From the NCBI GenBank assembly GCA_964247055.1, contig OZ176058.1, forward strand, positions 4,526,001 to 4,590,000: a stretch of 64,000 nucleotides of DNA, given 5' to 3'. This document shows positions 40,801-54,320 of this stretch, piece by piece; position 1 is the stretch's first letter; the number at the start of each line of letters is the position of its first letter. The notes under the pieces were generated by a model that had not been told where the DNA came from, did not search any database, and worked only from the letters and a program-made list of their open reading frames with translations. Origin of the DNA: Paragordius varius (lineage: Eukaryota; Animalia; Nematomorpha). The position numbers and the translations under genes were made by a program.

Positions 40801-43800
40801 TAAAAATATTTAAAATAAAAAATTGAATTTAATTTCGAAATTATTAATATTTTTTACAAAAAATTGAATTTAAATTTAATTAAAAAAAAAATTTATTGAA
40901 ATTATTGAAAATAATGAAAAAATTTAATTAATTAAAAAATTTATATATACTAAATTATTAAAATAAATTTTGCAAATCCTTTAACTATATTATCGGCATA
41001 TTTAATCACAACGGCTATAATTAATCCACCCAGGGCCTATTATTAAATTAATTTATAAAAAAATTAATTTGATTTAGAAAAATATTAAAAAAAATTAATA
41101 ACAATTTAATTTTTTTAATAAAACAATTATTTAATTGATATAATTAATTTTATTTAATTTAATTTATTCAATAAAATTTTTTAAATTTTATTTTATTGAA
41201 AATTATTAAAAACATCAAGAAATCAATAAATTTAATTAATTTTGAAAAATATTAAAAATAATAAAATATAAATTAATTTTAATTAAATTTATTATTAATA
41301 TTTTAATTAAAATAGAATTAATTCTAAATTATTGAAATATAAAAAAATTTAAAAAACTATATTATCAGCATATTTAATTACAACGGCTATAATTAATCCA
41401 CCCAAGGCCTATTAAAATTAAATTAATTTATAAAATAATAATTATGAAATTATTAAAAATATTGAAATTATTGAAATTAAATTTATTAAATTTAATTTTT
41501 TTAATAAAACAATTAATTTTTACATAGGAATATAGAAGATGCTAAAATAAAATTTATAAAATGAAAAAATTCAAATTATAGTTTAAAATTTGTTATATAA
41601 ATAATATAAATGTAATTTAATTTAAAAATATTGAAATTATTGAAAAATAATGAAAAAAATTAATTTATTTAATAAATATAATAAATTTAATTTGAAAATA
41701 TTAAAATTCAATTTTAAGAAATTAATAAAATTAAAAAATTAGAAAACTATATTATCAGAATATTTAATCATAACAGCTATAATTAATCCACCCAGGGCCT
41801 AATAAAATTAAATTAATTAAATTTAATTTTCCACCCAGGGCCTAATAAAAAAAATAAATTAAATTTAATTTGCAATTAAAATAAATTTAATTTGGAATTA
41901 ATTTGAAATATAATAAAAATAATTAATTTTTAAATAAAACAATTAATTTTTACATAGAAATGTATAAGATATTAAAAAATGATAAAAATTAAATTACTTT
42001 AAAATATAATAAAAATATTAAAATTGATTATATTTAACTTTGAAATTTTGAAAAAAATCAAATTATAGTTTAATATTTTGAAAAATAACTTGGAAATTAT
42101 TGAAAAAATTTAAAATTATAGTTAATTTTGAAATTTGTTATAAAAATAAAATATATTTATTTTATTTTTGAAATTATTCAATAAAATATTAAAATAATTA
42201 AAATTAATTCTAAATTATTGAAATATAAAAAAATTCAAAAAACTATATTATTAGCATATTTTATTACGATGGCTATAATTAATCCACCCAAGGCCTAAAA
42301 ATTAATATAATTTAATAAAATTATTATAATTAAATTTAAGAATTATTAGAAATATTAAAAAGTAAATTTATTTTATTTTTTTATTAAAATAAAAAATATT
42401 ATTAATTGAATTTTTATATAGGGTAATAAATCTCCGCATATTTAATCACAACAGCTATAATTAAACCACCCAGGGCCTAATAAAAAAAAAATTTAAAAAA
42501 ATAAAAAATATTTAAATTTAATTTGAAAAAAAAATATTTATTTAATTAATTAATTGTTATAATAAAAAAAATTAATAAATAATAAAAAATAAATTTATTT
42601 AATTTTAAAAATTTTAATTAATTTTATTTAATTTAAAAAATTTAAAATATCAAAAAATAAAAATTATTGAAAATATTTAAAAACATCAAGAAATAAATAA
42701 ATTTAATTTAATTTTGAAAAATATTAATAAAAAATAAATTAATTTTAATTAAATTTATTATATATATTTTAATTAAAAAAGTGTTAATTTTATATTATTT
42801 TAATATTAAAAAATTCAAAAAACTATATTATCAGCAAATTTAATTACGACAGCTATAATTAATAAATTTAAAAAATATTAAAAAATATGAATTAATTTTA
42901 ATTTGAAATTATAGATAATCTAATAAAAAATTAAATTCATTTTGAAAAAATTAATTCATTATTTTTTTTAAATAAAAAATAATTTAATTTAATTTATAAA
43001 ATATTGAAAAATAGAAAAAAAATAATAATTATAAATTATAATCACAACGGCTATAATTAAACCACCCAGGGCCTAATAAAATTAAATTAATTAAAAAAAT
43101 TAATTTATTTAGAAAAATATTAAAAAAAAATTAATAAACAATTAATTTTTACATAGGAATATAGAAGATGCTAAAATAAAATTTATAAAATGAAAAAATT
43201 CAAATTATAGTTTAAAATTTGTTATATAAATAATATAAATGTAATTTAATTTTGAAATTATTAAAAAATTAATTTTAAAATTGTTAGAAATTTTAAAAAG
43301 TAAATTTATTTTATTTTTAAAATTATTAAAATTGTTAAAAAATTATTTAATTATTTGTTAAGTATATAAAATAAAATTCATAAAAAATAATATTATTAGC
43401 ATATTTAATCACAACGGCTTTATTTAAACCACCCAGGGCCTAATAAATTAGATATCATAAATTTAATTTTTTAATTTGAAATTATTAAAAAATAATAATA
43501 GTTTAAAATTTTAGAAAATAAATTACTTTAAATATACAGTTAATATAATTTTGAAATTATTAAAAGAATTTAAGTTTATAGGTTAACATTTTAAAATTTG
43601 TTATAAAAGTAATAATATAAATTTAATTTTGAAATTATAAAATTTGATATAATGAAAAATTAATTAATTATTTTAATAGAAAAATGAAATAAACTACAGT
43701 AAAAATTGAAATTATACGGACACAAAGTAAAAATATAAAGACAAATATTTTTATATTTATTTTAACATTTTCGGAAAAATATATAAAAAAATTAATTATT

Positions 43801-46800
43801 AGAATTAATTTGTAAAAATTAATTAAAATATTTTATATTTTATTATTATTTTACAGTGAAAAGAGGTTAAAAAAATAGAATAAATTAAAAAATTATAAAC
43901 GGACATTAATTTTTTTTATAAAAAAACTTGAAAATATAATAAAAAAATTTAAATTCCAAAATAAATATAAAAATAATTAATTAATTGGAAAAAATCAAAT
44001 TATTTACTATAAATATAAAATATTGAAAATATTAAATTAATTTTACAATTAAACATAATTTTAATTTATATTTTTTCAGCAAAAATAAATTATTTTACAA
44101 AATTTAAAATAAAAAAGTATAAATTAATTTAAAAAATTATTAAAATTATTCAAATTGAAAATTTAAAATTGTTTGTATAAAAAATACAAATTTTAGATTT
44201 TAAATCTTAAATGTTGTATCAAAAAATTTTTTAAAAAAATAAATAAATAAAAAAGTTAATAAAAAATAAATTTGATTTTGAAAAAATTTTTATAAAAACT
44301 AATTTTAAATAAAAAAAATTTAAAAAAATATCATTTTTTTTCCACAGGGCTGTGTGATTAAACCAAAATATAGAAAAAATATTATTAAAACATAATAATT
44401 TATAATTATAATGAATATAAATTTAAAAAGGATTATTAAAAAGTACTATAAAAATTAAAAAAAAAATATTTTATTTAAATAAAATAAAATAAAAAAATGT
44501 GTTTAAAAAATATTTAAAAAATAAAATAATTTTGTAAAAATTAAATAATTTCATTAAAGCAAGCTTACAGATCAACCCACTCAAGGAATAATTTAAATAA
44601 AAATAAATAAAAAAATTAAAATTTATTTATATTATTAATATATTTTAAAAAAAATAAAATTATAAAATATATGCAATATAGCTAAAATTTATTATTGAAA
44701 TTGAAAGATTTAAAAAATAAAAAATAATTTAAAAACATAAAAAATATATATGGAAATAACCAAAATAAAAAATTAGTTTTATATTAAAATAATTAAAATA
44801 TTTAAAAAATTTATAATAAATATAAATCTAATTTACTTTTAATTTTTTTTAAAAAAACTTTGTTTTTTCCTGTAAAAAAAATATATATTTTAATATTTCC
44901 CTAACCTGTAAAATAATTAAAATCGGTGCATAAAATCCTTAAAAAAACCCAAAAAGATAATTTTTTAAAAGACATTTTTTTAAATTTAAATTTATTAAAC
45001 ATAAATTAAATAATAAAATTATTAAATATTAATATCTAAAAATTAACAGCATGAAAACATGTTAAAAATAAAAATAATCAAAATAATAATAAAATTAACA
45101 AAATATTAATAATTTAAATATATCTAAAAAATCCAAAAATTTAAAATAAACAGTTAAAAATAAAAATATTTTAAATAATCAAAAAAATTAACATGTTTAA
45201 TATGAAATAAACATAAAAAAACAAATTTAAAACATAAAATTGATTTAAAATTATACTTTTTTATATAAACATTTAATTACTAAAATAATTAAATAATAAA
45301 TTATTCAAAAAAACAAAAAAAATGTTAAAAATAACACCTTAAAAATATTAATATTTAAAAACATAAAAAAGCATAAAAAAAAATTTAAAGTATACAATTG
45401 ATTTTAAAATTATATTTTTTTAAAAAAAAATATAACAAATTTAAAATATATAAAATTGTTTTAAAAATTAATATTTTTTTAAATATAAAAAAACAAAAAA
45501 AATTAATGATTTTTTAATATAAAGAAAATAAATATTAAAATAACTAAATTTTTATTAAATTAATTTTTTTACCTGTAAAATAATGACTATCCAGGTGTAA
45601 AAAGTATATCCTTGAAAAAACCATTCGCCATAATTTTTTAAAAAACAATTTTTTTACATTTAAATTTATTGAATAAAAACTAAAATAATAAAATATTAAT
45701 ATATCTAAAAATAAAATATAAACAAAAAAAAAACACAAATATATATTAAAATAAAGATATTTAAAATAAAAAAAACAAATTTAAAATATATAAAAACTAT
45801 ATTATTTTAAATGTAAAAATATAAAATATATAAAAACTATATTTTTTAAATATAAAAATTTAAATATTAAAATAAAACAAAATATGTTAAAAATAAAATG
45901 AAAAACATAATAAAACCAATTAAGATATCAAAACATAAAACATTTAAAAATTAAATTAATTTAAAAAATCATAATATTCAATTAAATAAAAAAATTTTAA
46001 TTAAATTAATTTTATTAAATTATTTTTTTACCTGTAAAATTATGACAATCCAGGTGTAAAAAGTATAACCTTGAAAAAAACCATTCGCCATAATTTTTGA
46101 CCAATCATACATCAGGGCCCCCAAAAGACCAAATAATACACCCCATAAACCTTAAATATTAAAAAAAAATATTTTAAAATAATAAATAAAATATAAAATA
46201 TTTAATAAACCTTTAAAAATCAAAAAATAAAAATATAATAAAATCAAAATTTTATTTTAAAATTTACTTATTTTTAAAAATTCTTTTATATTAAGTTAAA
46301 ATATTGTTAATATTTTCAAATTAAATATTATTAAATAATTGAATTTGAAATTTTAAAAAATGTTATTTTTTTAATTAAAAACTAAATAAAAAATAATTCA
46401 AATTAAAATATTTTTTATTATTTAGTATTTCAGCTTTATTCTATATAAGTTAAAATATTGTTAATATTTTAAAATTAAATATTATTAATATCAATAATTT
46501 AATTTATTTAAAAAAAATTATAAAAAAATTATTTTGTGTAAATTAAAAAATAAATAAAAAATTTATATTGCTATTTTTTTAATTTGAATTAATTCTTTGT
46601 ACGAGTTAAAATATTGTTAAAATTTTAAAAATAAAATTAAAATAAACATTTAATTTAGTTTTAAAAATAATTTTTTTTATTATTTAGTATTTCAGCTTTA
46701 TGTTTTTATATCAAATTAAATAATAGATAATATTTTGATATTTATTATTAATATCAATAAATTATAAAAAAAGTTAGTTTTAAAAAAATAAATAAAAAAT

Positions 46801-49800
46801 TTATTATTTTTATAAATTCTTTTATATCAATTTCATTTCTTTATATCGAGTAAAAAAAAATATTGTTAATATTTTCAAATTTAATATTATTAATATCAAT
46901 AAAATATTAATTAAAAAAAATAAATAAAAATTTATATAATTTTATAATAAACAATTAATTTAAAAAGAGTAAAAAGTTAATAATATATATTTTTTGCCAT
47001 TTTTTAAAGTAAATTATAATTTGTTTTAAAAATAAAAAATTAAAACAAAAATTAAAATATAAATAACAAAAAATTCAATATAGTGCTAATTAAATATTTT
47101 GAAAACGTATTAAATAACTAATTAATTAATTAATTAATTATCTACTTTTTATAAATTTTATAAAAAAATATTAAAAAAAATATATTTTAAATATTTTCTA
47201 AATTGAAAATTTTACCCAATTGTATATTTCGCATCCATAGTGTTATTCCGCTTGAACTGTGCTTCAAAAGTTTTTCAAAATAAACTCCAGAAAATCCTAA
47301 AAAATAAAATTTAACATGAATTTAAAAATATAAAAATAAAAATATTAAAAAATTAAAAAATATTTTAAAAGTTAATTTAAAGATATTTTTATAAATTACA
47401 ATAATATTTAAATAAAAATTAAAAAAACACAAATGTGTAAAAGTATTATATAAAAAATTCCGGAATTTCTATTTAATATAAAATAAAAATATTTAAAAAA
47501 ATTATAATAAAAATCATAATAATTTTATAAAATATTAAAAAAAAAATCAAATAAAAAAATTAAAAAAAAGATCTTTTTTGAAAAAAAATTAAATCATCCT
47601 ATGAATTACAAGGTTAAATATTGATAATTGCATACTTATATAAAAATTTTAATAAAATAAATATTAAAAAAAAAATTAAAAATTTAATCAATATAAATTA
47701 AAAATATGAAAAAATATTAATTTAAAAAACAAGAAATGAATAATATAACATATAAAAAAATTCTCAATTGATTAAGTTTTTATATAATTGAAAAAAAATA
47801 AGAAATTTTTATATATTTTTAATTTTTAGAAAATAAAATTTAAAATTATAAAAAAAATTAATTTTTTTTAAAAAATTTAAACCTGAACAAAGACAGGCTG
47901 ATAAAACGGCAATGAGGCCAACAGCTGTGTTTTGATGAGTTGAAGACTGGTGATTTTGTGAATGCGTGCTCAAATCAGGTGTTTTGGTTGACTTGTTTAA
48001 CAGCTGATTATCGTTGGGTTTTAACTACAACAGATAAAAATATTTATTTAAAACATTTATATTATTAATTTATATATGTATCATATGGTAATTAAACTTA
48101 TTTTAAACTGTTATAAAATAATATTTTGTTAAAAAACGTAAAAATCAATGATTTTATAAATATTTTTATATAAATTTGTATTAGGTAAAAATATTTGATG
48201 AGTTTTTAAATAATTTTTCTTCAAAATTTTTTATTCTCCAAAGTATTCAAAATGTAATAATATATATGTTTGTCATAAAAAGCAAAAACTTTTTTAATTA
48301 TTCCAAAAAAATTCAAAATAACATCAAATATGAAAACTATTAAATTAATATTCCAATACATCCAAAGATTATAAAATATAAATAAAAAAATATAAATTTT
48401 TAAAATCCAAATATTAATTATTAAAATATTTAAATATTTCTAAAATAATTTTACTTTTTTAAATTACTTAAACGAGAATAACTCCAATCATAAGGAGACC
48501 AAGCGAAAATTAATTTTTAAAAAGAAAATTAAAACAAAACCCCAGAATTGTTAAATTATAATAATATAAATATTTATAAACCTAAAAAATATAAAAAAAT
48601 TCTTGATTTATTCAAAATTTACATTCAAAAAATGATTTTAAATGTTTTTAAAAATTATTAATAAAATATCTCAAAAATATGTAAATTTCTAAAATCAAAT
48701 TTTTAAAATTACTTAAACGAGATTAACTCCAATCATAAGGAGACCAAGCGAAAATTAATTTTTGAAAAAGAAAATTAAAACAAAACCCCAGAATTGTTAA
48801 ATAATAAATTTATAGAAATATTTGGATCAAAAAATATAAATACTTTTAAAATTGCAACTATAAATCTATCCGATAAACAGTTTTAAATTTTTTTAAAATT
48901 ATTAATAATTTATTTCAAAAATATGTAAATTTTTAAAATAAAATTTATTAACCTGAGCGTGAATTACTTCAATCATAAAAATTGTCAAATAATATAAATT
49001 TTAGAAATTTTTATAAACCTATAAAATATAAAAAATCACGATTCATTGAAAATAAAAATATGTAAATCTCAAATAAAGCGAAAATCATTTTACCCATTGA
49101 CAAATAATAATAATTTTTAGAAATATTTATAATCCAAAAAATTAAATTTTTTTAAAATTTAAATTATAAACATATGAGTTTTAAATCTTTTTTAAAATTA
49201 AATTTAAAAACGTATAATTTTTAAAAATTAAATTTAAATTATTCTATATATAAAAATTTTTCTAAATATTTCAAAAAAATTAAATTTAAATTTCAAATAT
49301 TTCTAAAATTAAATTTTTCAAATTACCTGAACGAGAATAACTCCAATCATAAGGAGTCCAAGCGAGTTAAAAAAAATTAAAACAAAACCCCAAAATTGTT
49401 AAATAATAAATTTATAGAAATATTTGGATCCAAAAAATAAATTTTTTTTAAAATTTAAATTATAAACATATGAGTTTTAAATCTTTTTTAAGATTAAATT
49501 TAAAAACGTATATTTTTAAAAACTAAATAAATTACAAATATAATAATTTCAAATCTTTTTTAAAATTAAATTTAAAAACGTATATTATTCAAATCTTTCT
49601 AAAATTAAATTTAAAAACGTATATTTTTAAAAAAATAAAACAAAACCCCAGAATTGTCAAATAATAATAATCTTAAGAAAAATTTATATATAAAATCCAA
49701 AAAATAAAAAAAACTCTTTAATTTTAAATATAATTCAAAACTTTATTTAAATTCATAAATATTTAAATATTTCTAAAATCAAATTTTTAAAATTACTTGA

Positions 49801-51020
49801 ACGAGAATTACTCCAATCATAAGGAGACCAAGCGAGAACCATTTTTGAATTTCCAATCGTCTGCCCAACATCACAACTGAAAAGAAAGCCGTTGTAAACA
49901 ACTTCAGCTGATAAGTCACCTGATTTTGTTTATAATAATTTACAATTAATAAAAAAAATAATTAATGAAAAAACAAAACATAAAATAATTAAATATATTT
50001 TGTATTTAAATGACACTTTACAATACATATATTAATTTATCAAAATAAAAAAAATATTCAAATTAAATTAATAAAATAATCATATTATATGATAAAATAG
50101 AAATAAATTTAATAATATATTAATAAATGAAAAATAAATTTTAATGACAAAAAATAAATTGAATGTTAAAAAGTAAATTTATTATATGATAAAAGATGTA
50201 TGTATTAAGTTTATCATTAATTTTAAATTGATGTAATTATGTTAATATTTTCATGTTTAGTTTTGATCAACTTGGCCAAGTAATTTATTTAAATTAGGCT
50301 TTCATATATACCTAATTTATGAGTTTACTTTAACATAAATTTTTTTAGCGTCTATAGGTTAGGTACCTTAAATTTATATATTCAGAATTGGACATATGAT
50401 ATTATATTAATAAAAGCCATTTTATCGAATCGAATATAAAGTTTTAAACGACAAACATATAATTTTTTTAAATAATAATTTGTATTAAATTCAAACTATA
50501 TCATAGTATCTTTTTCAATGGATTAACTAAAACAAAGGAAAATAATAATACGATTAATTAAAACAAAATTTAAAAAATATAACTATAAATGATTTTTTGT
50601 GTAAAATTGTAATCAGATTTCACAAAAACACTCGAGATTAAATTAAACCACCAAAACCTGATAAAGTGCGGCATTCAAATTGGTAAGGGCCAGGAATATA
50701 AGATTATTTTGAAGTGTGTATAAAACAGCTGGAACCAAAATTTTAGCCATTTCAGTCGGGGAATTTAGGATTTGTTCATTCATTAGTAATTTGAGACGAC
50801 GAAAACTTTGTTTTGCTTGATCGAAATAAACTACTAGCAGGCAGATTGCAACTTTCAAGATTTCAGACATCAAAACAGCCGTAGAACTAAGATAAGTAAG
50901 ACCATCGGCAGAAGATTTAAGCGAACGGGAATATCTCGTAACTAAAATGGTGGCTGTCGTTTGAAAAACAAGTAAAATCAAGCTAAGCCATTTCAAATTG
51001 ATTCGATCAAAGGTGGCCAT
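25739..51020 (-). CDS. SLC35A3: SLC35A-family Golgi nucleotide-sugar (UDP-GlcNAc/UDP-Gal) transporter, 7 exons, about 409 aa
   Basis: Exons 50658-51020, 49797-49919, 47883-48024, 47216-47296, 46032-46150, 36446-36579, 25739-26006 (1230 nt, phases consistent). Family motifs [74 protein letters not shown]2 versus A3 orthology cannot be settled by eye. Confidence 0.9.
26113..33615. repeat. Tandem array of about 4.9 near-identical 1534-bp units in SLC35A intron 6
   Basis: Identical 72-aa shadow ORFs at 26652, 28186, 29720, 31254, 32788 (period 1534). The first unit lacks about 84 bp; I saw only one substitution in unit 5 (near 33480). Confidence 0.95.
26488..26621. mobile_element. Small TIR element (TAGTTGGGG(G)CAATT ends) containing a nested 73-bp TA-flanked CAGTAGTGTATG mini-MITE (26519-26591); repeated in each 1534-bp unit
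   Basis: ATAGTTGGGGCAATT ... AATTGCCCCCAACTAT outer inverted repeat; inner TA-CAGTAGTGTATGAAAAAA ... TTTTTTCCATACACTACTG-TA. Confidence 0.6.
27399..36260 (-). repeat. About 15 copies of SLC35A exon 6 3' end plus donor (..CATGATTTTGA(A/G)CCTA(A/C)CAG|GTAAA) in intron 6
   Basis: Plus-strand TTTTACCTG(G/T)TAGG(C/T)TCAAAATCATG(GAGTAAAAAGTGTGAA) at about 27399, 28933, 30467, 32001, 33535, 33944, 34118, 34374, 34562, 34730, 34957, 35241, 35601, 35902, 36236. Confidence 0.9.
36700..43445 (-). repeat. About 20 copies of SLC35A exon 6 acceptor plus first 13-23 codons ([17 protein letters not shown]..) in intron 5
   Basis: Plus-strand ACTATATTATC(A/C/G)GCATATTTAAT(C/T)ACAACGGCTATAATTAA(A/T)CCACCCA(G/A)GGCCTA repeated every 200-450 bp, separated by AT-only spacers. 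Confidence 0.95.
48460..49370 (-). repeat. Four copies of SLC35A exon 2 3' end plus donor in intron 2
   Basis: AC(T/C)T(A/G)AACGAGAATAACTCCAATCATAAGGAG(A/T)CCAAGCGA at about 48468, 48713 and 49325, with a more decayed copy at about 48953. Confidence 0.9.
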
Positions 51021-51740
51021 ATATTGTCTCTTTCTTCTTTACTGCAAATATTTATTTGTTTAGTCTGCTACAAGAATAGTTTTCTAAATATGAGTATAAG
51101 AAAAAAAGATAAAAAATACCAATAAGTTTGTTGGCTAACTTAAATTTTTAGCTTATTTGATTGCCACATGAAATTGCACACATGGGTTTGTGATTATCCA
51201 AATAAAAAACGTGGTATTTATAATTATTACGTGTTCAAAAGTTTATTTTATAAACTTTAATTTAATTGTAAAGGGTAGAATATTAAAAAAACCTAATTTT
51301 AAAAAAGATAGCTCCAAAAATCAATTTTTTTAGCACATGTTTTCGAAATCATAGCTCATACAAAATCCTTACTGACAGTGTTTATTCATGTATATTATGT
51401 TTTTACTTAAATAAATAATGCGACATTAGAGATTGAAATAATGCCCGAACGATACTTACGTTTTTAATGTCCATGCTTTTCTATTTAAAAGTTTTTATTT
51501 TATCATTTTTTATATTTATTATATTCAAATTTATTCAATCAAATTTAACCAAGAGTTTGTTTTTGAATAAATTTTGCCAACGTATAAATCTTCAAATACA
51601 TGGATTTTAATAATAAAAAATTTTATCTAGTTTGTTATACATTTTATTTCATCATTAAAATATTTCTCATTTTATTGGTTCAATAATATGTAACTGGATA
51701 TTTTGGACCATTGTTTTCTTTTTAAAAGAACTGGATATGC

Positions 51741-52247
51741 TTAACACTTGGATACAGGGTAGTTGGATACCCTAGGCCTGTTTAAAATTAAATACTAAGT
51801 ATGAAAGGTGTCGAAATCATGGCAAAATTTTGCACTTAAATGATATTAATAAACCGAAATATATGTAAAAAAAGTTATTTAAAAATAATTAATATTACTT
51901 ATTTAAAGCTAAAACCTAGTAAAATTTTAGTTAACCTGACATATATGCTTTGGCTAAATATTAAAATAATGCAAAATATATTTGTTTCTATCAATATTAA
52001 AGAATTAAATAAATATTGAGTATAATTTTGGCTCTAAGATAAAAACAGGATATGCAAAAAAATTGTAAATTAAAATGGCGCCTACAAGAACTTTTATTGA
52101 GACATTTCGGATTATTTATATAATATTTATGAGGATAGAAGCATAAATTAAAATTGACACCGTTTCTTTCAGTAGTTTTCTTTAAAATATTAAATTGAGT
52201 ATTGCCTGTGGTATTTAAATACCCCAATTTGAGTCGAAGTGTTAAAT
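51741..52247. mobile_element. TTAA-flanked (piggyBac-like) non-autonomous element, family C
   Basis: TTAA-CACTT..GGGTAGTTGGATACCCTAGGCCT left end and ..GCCTGTGGTATTTAAATACCCCAATTTGAGTCGAAGTG-TTAA right end; related termini at about 21412-21918, 52741-53195 and 55270-55347. Confidence 0.5.
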
Positions 52248-52390
52248 TAATTGTAAAGGGTAAAATATTAAAAAAACTTTTTAAAATATTAAAAAAAATA
52301 GCACGAATGTAAATTAATTTTTTTTGAGCGCATGATTTTAAAATCTTAGCATATGCAAAATCCTTACTGACAGTGTTTACCCGTGTACAT

Positions 52391-52440
52391 TATGTGTGGC
52401 TGATGAGTCCACAAAAAGGACAAAACGCGCCTCATAAACA
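52391..52440 (+). ncRNA. Degenerate hammerhead ribozyme relic
   Basis: CTGATGA at 52400, perfect stem II GTCC-acaaaaa-GGAC, then AAAACGCGCCTC versus canonical GAAAC-GCGC-GTC (two core changes); stem I pairs poorly. Confidence 0.5.
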
Positions 52441-54184
52441 ATTATTAAAATATTTCGTTTCATAAAGCCACCCATTGCTCGATAGAAAGTGTTATTACTT
52501 CTAAGTGCGATGGTGTGCCAAGAAAATAATCTCCAAAAACATGTTTTATATTCAATCTGTTGATGTTTAAAAAAAACATTATCAGCTAGATATAAATTTA
52601 TTTTTATATATAATAAAGTTAAAGAAAATAATGTATTTTGGATTTTTGATTCTTATCAATCAAATATTTTTTTGGGTCGTTTTTCTCGGAGCGATTTAAA
52701 GTTAAAATATTTTAGAAAGTATTTAAAATAATGAGCCGAATTTAACACTTCAATTCGAATTTGGGTATTTAAAAAGACCAGATTATATTTAAATTGATGT
52801 TTTTTTACGAAACTGCGGAAAGAAACGGTCTCAATTATTCATGCTTTCATCTTATTATAGATAATAAAAATAAGCCAAATTATCCAAATAAAATTTAGTT
52901 TTAAAAAAACCTATTATACTACTTCGCGCATACAAACATTTTGGCAAAATATCGTGTTTATTTAATGTTAAAGCTAATTTTTTATTTAAATATCTTTTAA
53001 CATTGATAGAAATGGTTTATGTATATTTTATGAAATTTAAATGGACATTTCTCATTGAATAACTTTTTTACCTTTGGGTTCTACCTTATTATACATTTTT
53101 TTATATATGCTTTTATAGTGGTATATGTGGAAATTGTTTCAATAACAGGCCTGAGGTTTAAAATGACCCAATTTGAATCGAGGGACTGAAGTAAATTTGT
53201 TGCATCCAAGTCTTTGAAAACTTTCATGCTACATTTCCCGGTAATAACTTGATATTTATTGGATTTAATATCAGCTGTTCGTTCAAATCGTTTTATGGAG
53301 ATATCCCAGTTTTAGACTTTAGAATCCACCCAAAAGACGACTGAAATGAACAATTTTAAAATATATCATTTTGCCAGTAAAATGTAGCCTGAAGCTGTCT
53401 AAGAATAATTATTTACATTTTTCAATCCTAATAAACATTTATATGCGTGCTGTATTAGTGATTTAAAAAGTTTATAAAAATATATGGTGGCAAAAAGGTT
53501 TGAGGTGAGGATTTTTTTACCTTACCATTAAACAAAAATTGTATAATGTGCCTAAAAACTAGAGAAAGCATATTCTAATCCGTCTTAATACCTAAATTAT
53601 TTATTAAAAATTTAAATTTCAAATGGCTTTGTTTTATCAAATTATCCCAAAAGGTAATCCAAAGAAAAGGAATTTTAAAAAAATATTTAAATTATACAAG
53701 ACAAGTATTTTAAAAGACAGCTGAACTTTTAAAACTTAATTTCTTAAATTAACCGATTGTTTTAAATTAAATGAAATTGAGATGTATATTGGTATTGGTA
53801 ACTAAATCAATATTGTATATATTTTTTTATTTAATATTATATGTATAAGAAAAGTATTATTTGAAGTGTAGTTGTGTTTTTAAAAAAATATTTTTATTTT
53901 TACGTGTATGACTGTAATTACTCCAGAGATAATCGCTTAATAATATAAGTTATAGCTTCACAGATTATCTGAAATATTATTTTAACAATTTTTAAATGTG
54001 TAGGTTTAAATTTTAAATTTTTAAGATTTTTGATGTGTATTATTTATTTCTTTGGTAAGCTTTAGGTTTTGAGGCTTATGAGTGATATAAGAAAGTTATT
54101 TTCACTTTTATGGTAAGTGCTCGAAATCAAAAAAAAAATGCGCATATTTTATAAAATAAAATTTTTTTGGTGAAAGCTAAAGGT

Positions 54185-54320
54185 TTTGTTCAAGATATAT
54201 CACTAAAATATACAATAGTTTAAAAATTTTTAATTTTCAGATGTGGTCACCATTTTGTTCAAGATATATCACTAAAATACACAATAGTTTAAAAAATTTT
54301 AATTTTCAGATGTGGTCACC
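54185..54320. repeat. About 70-bp direct tandem duplication
   Basis: TTTGTTCAAGATATATCACTAAAATA(T/C)ACAATAGTTTAAAAA..TTTTCAGATGTGGTCACC occurs twice. Confidence 0.85.
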
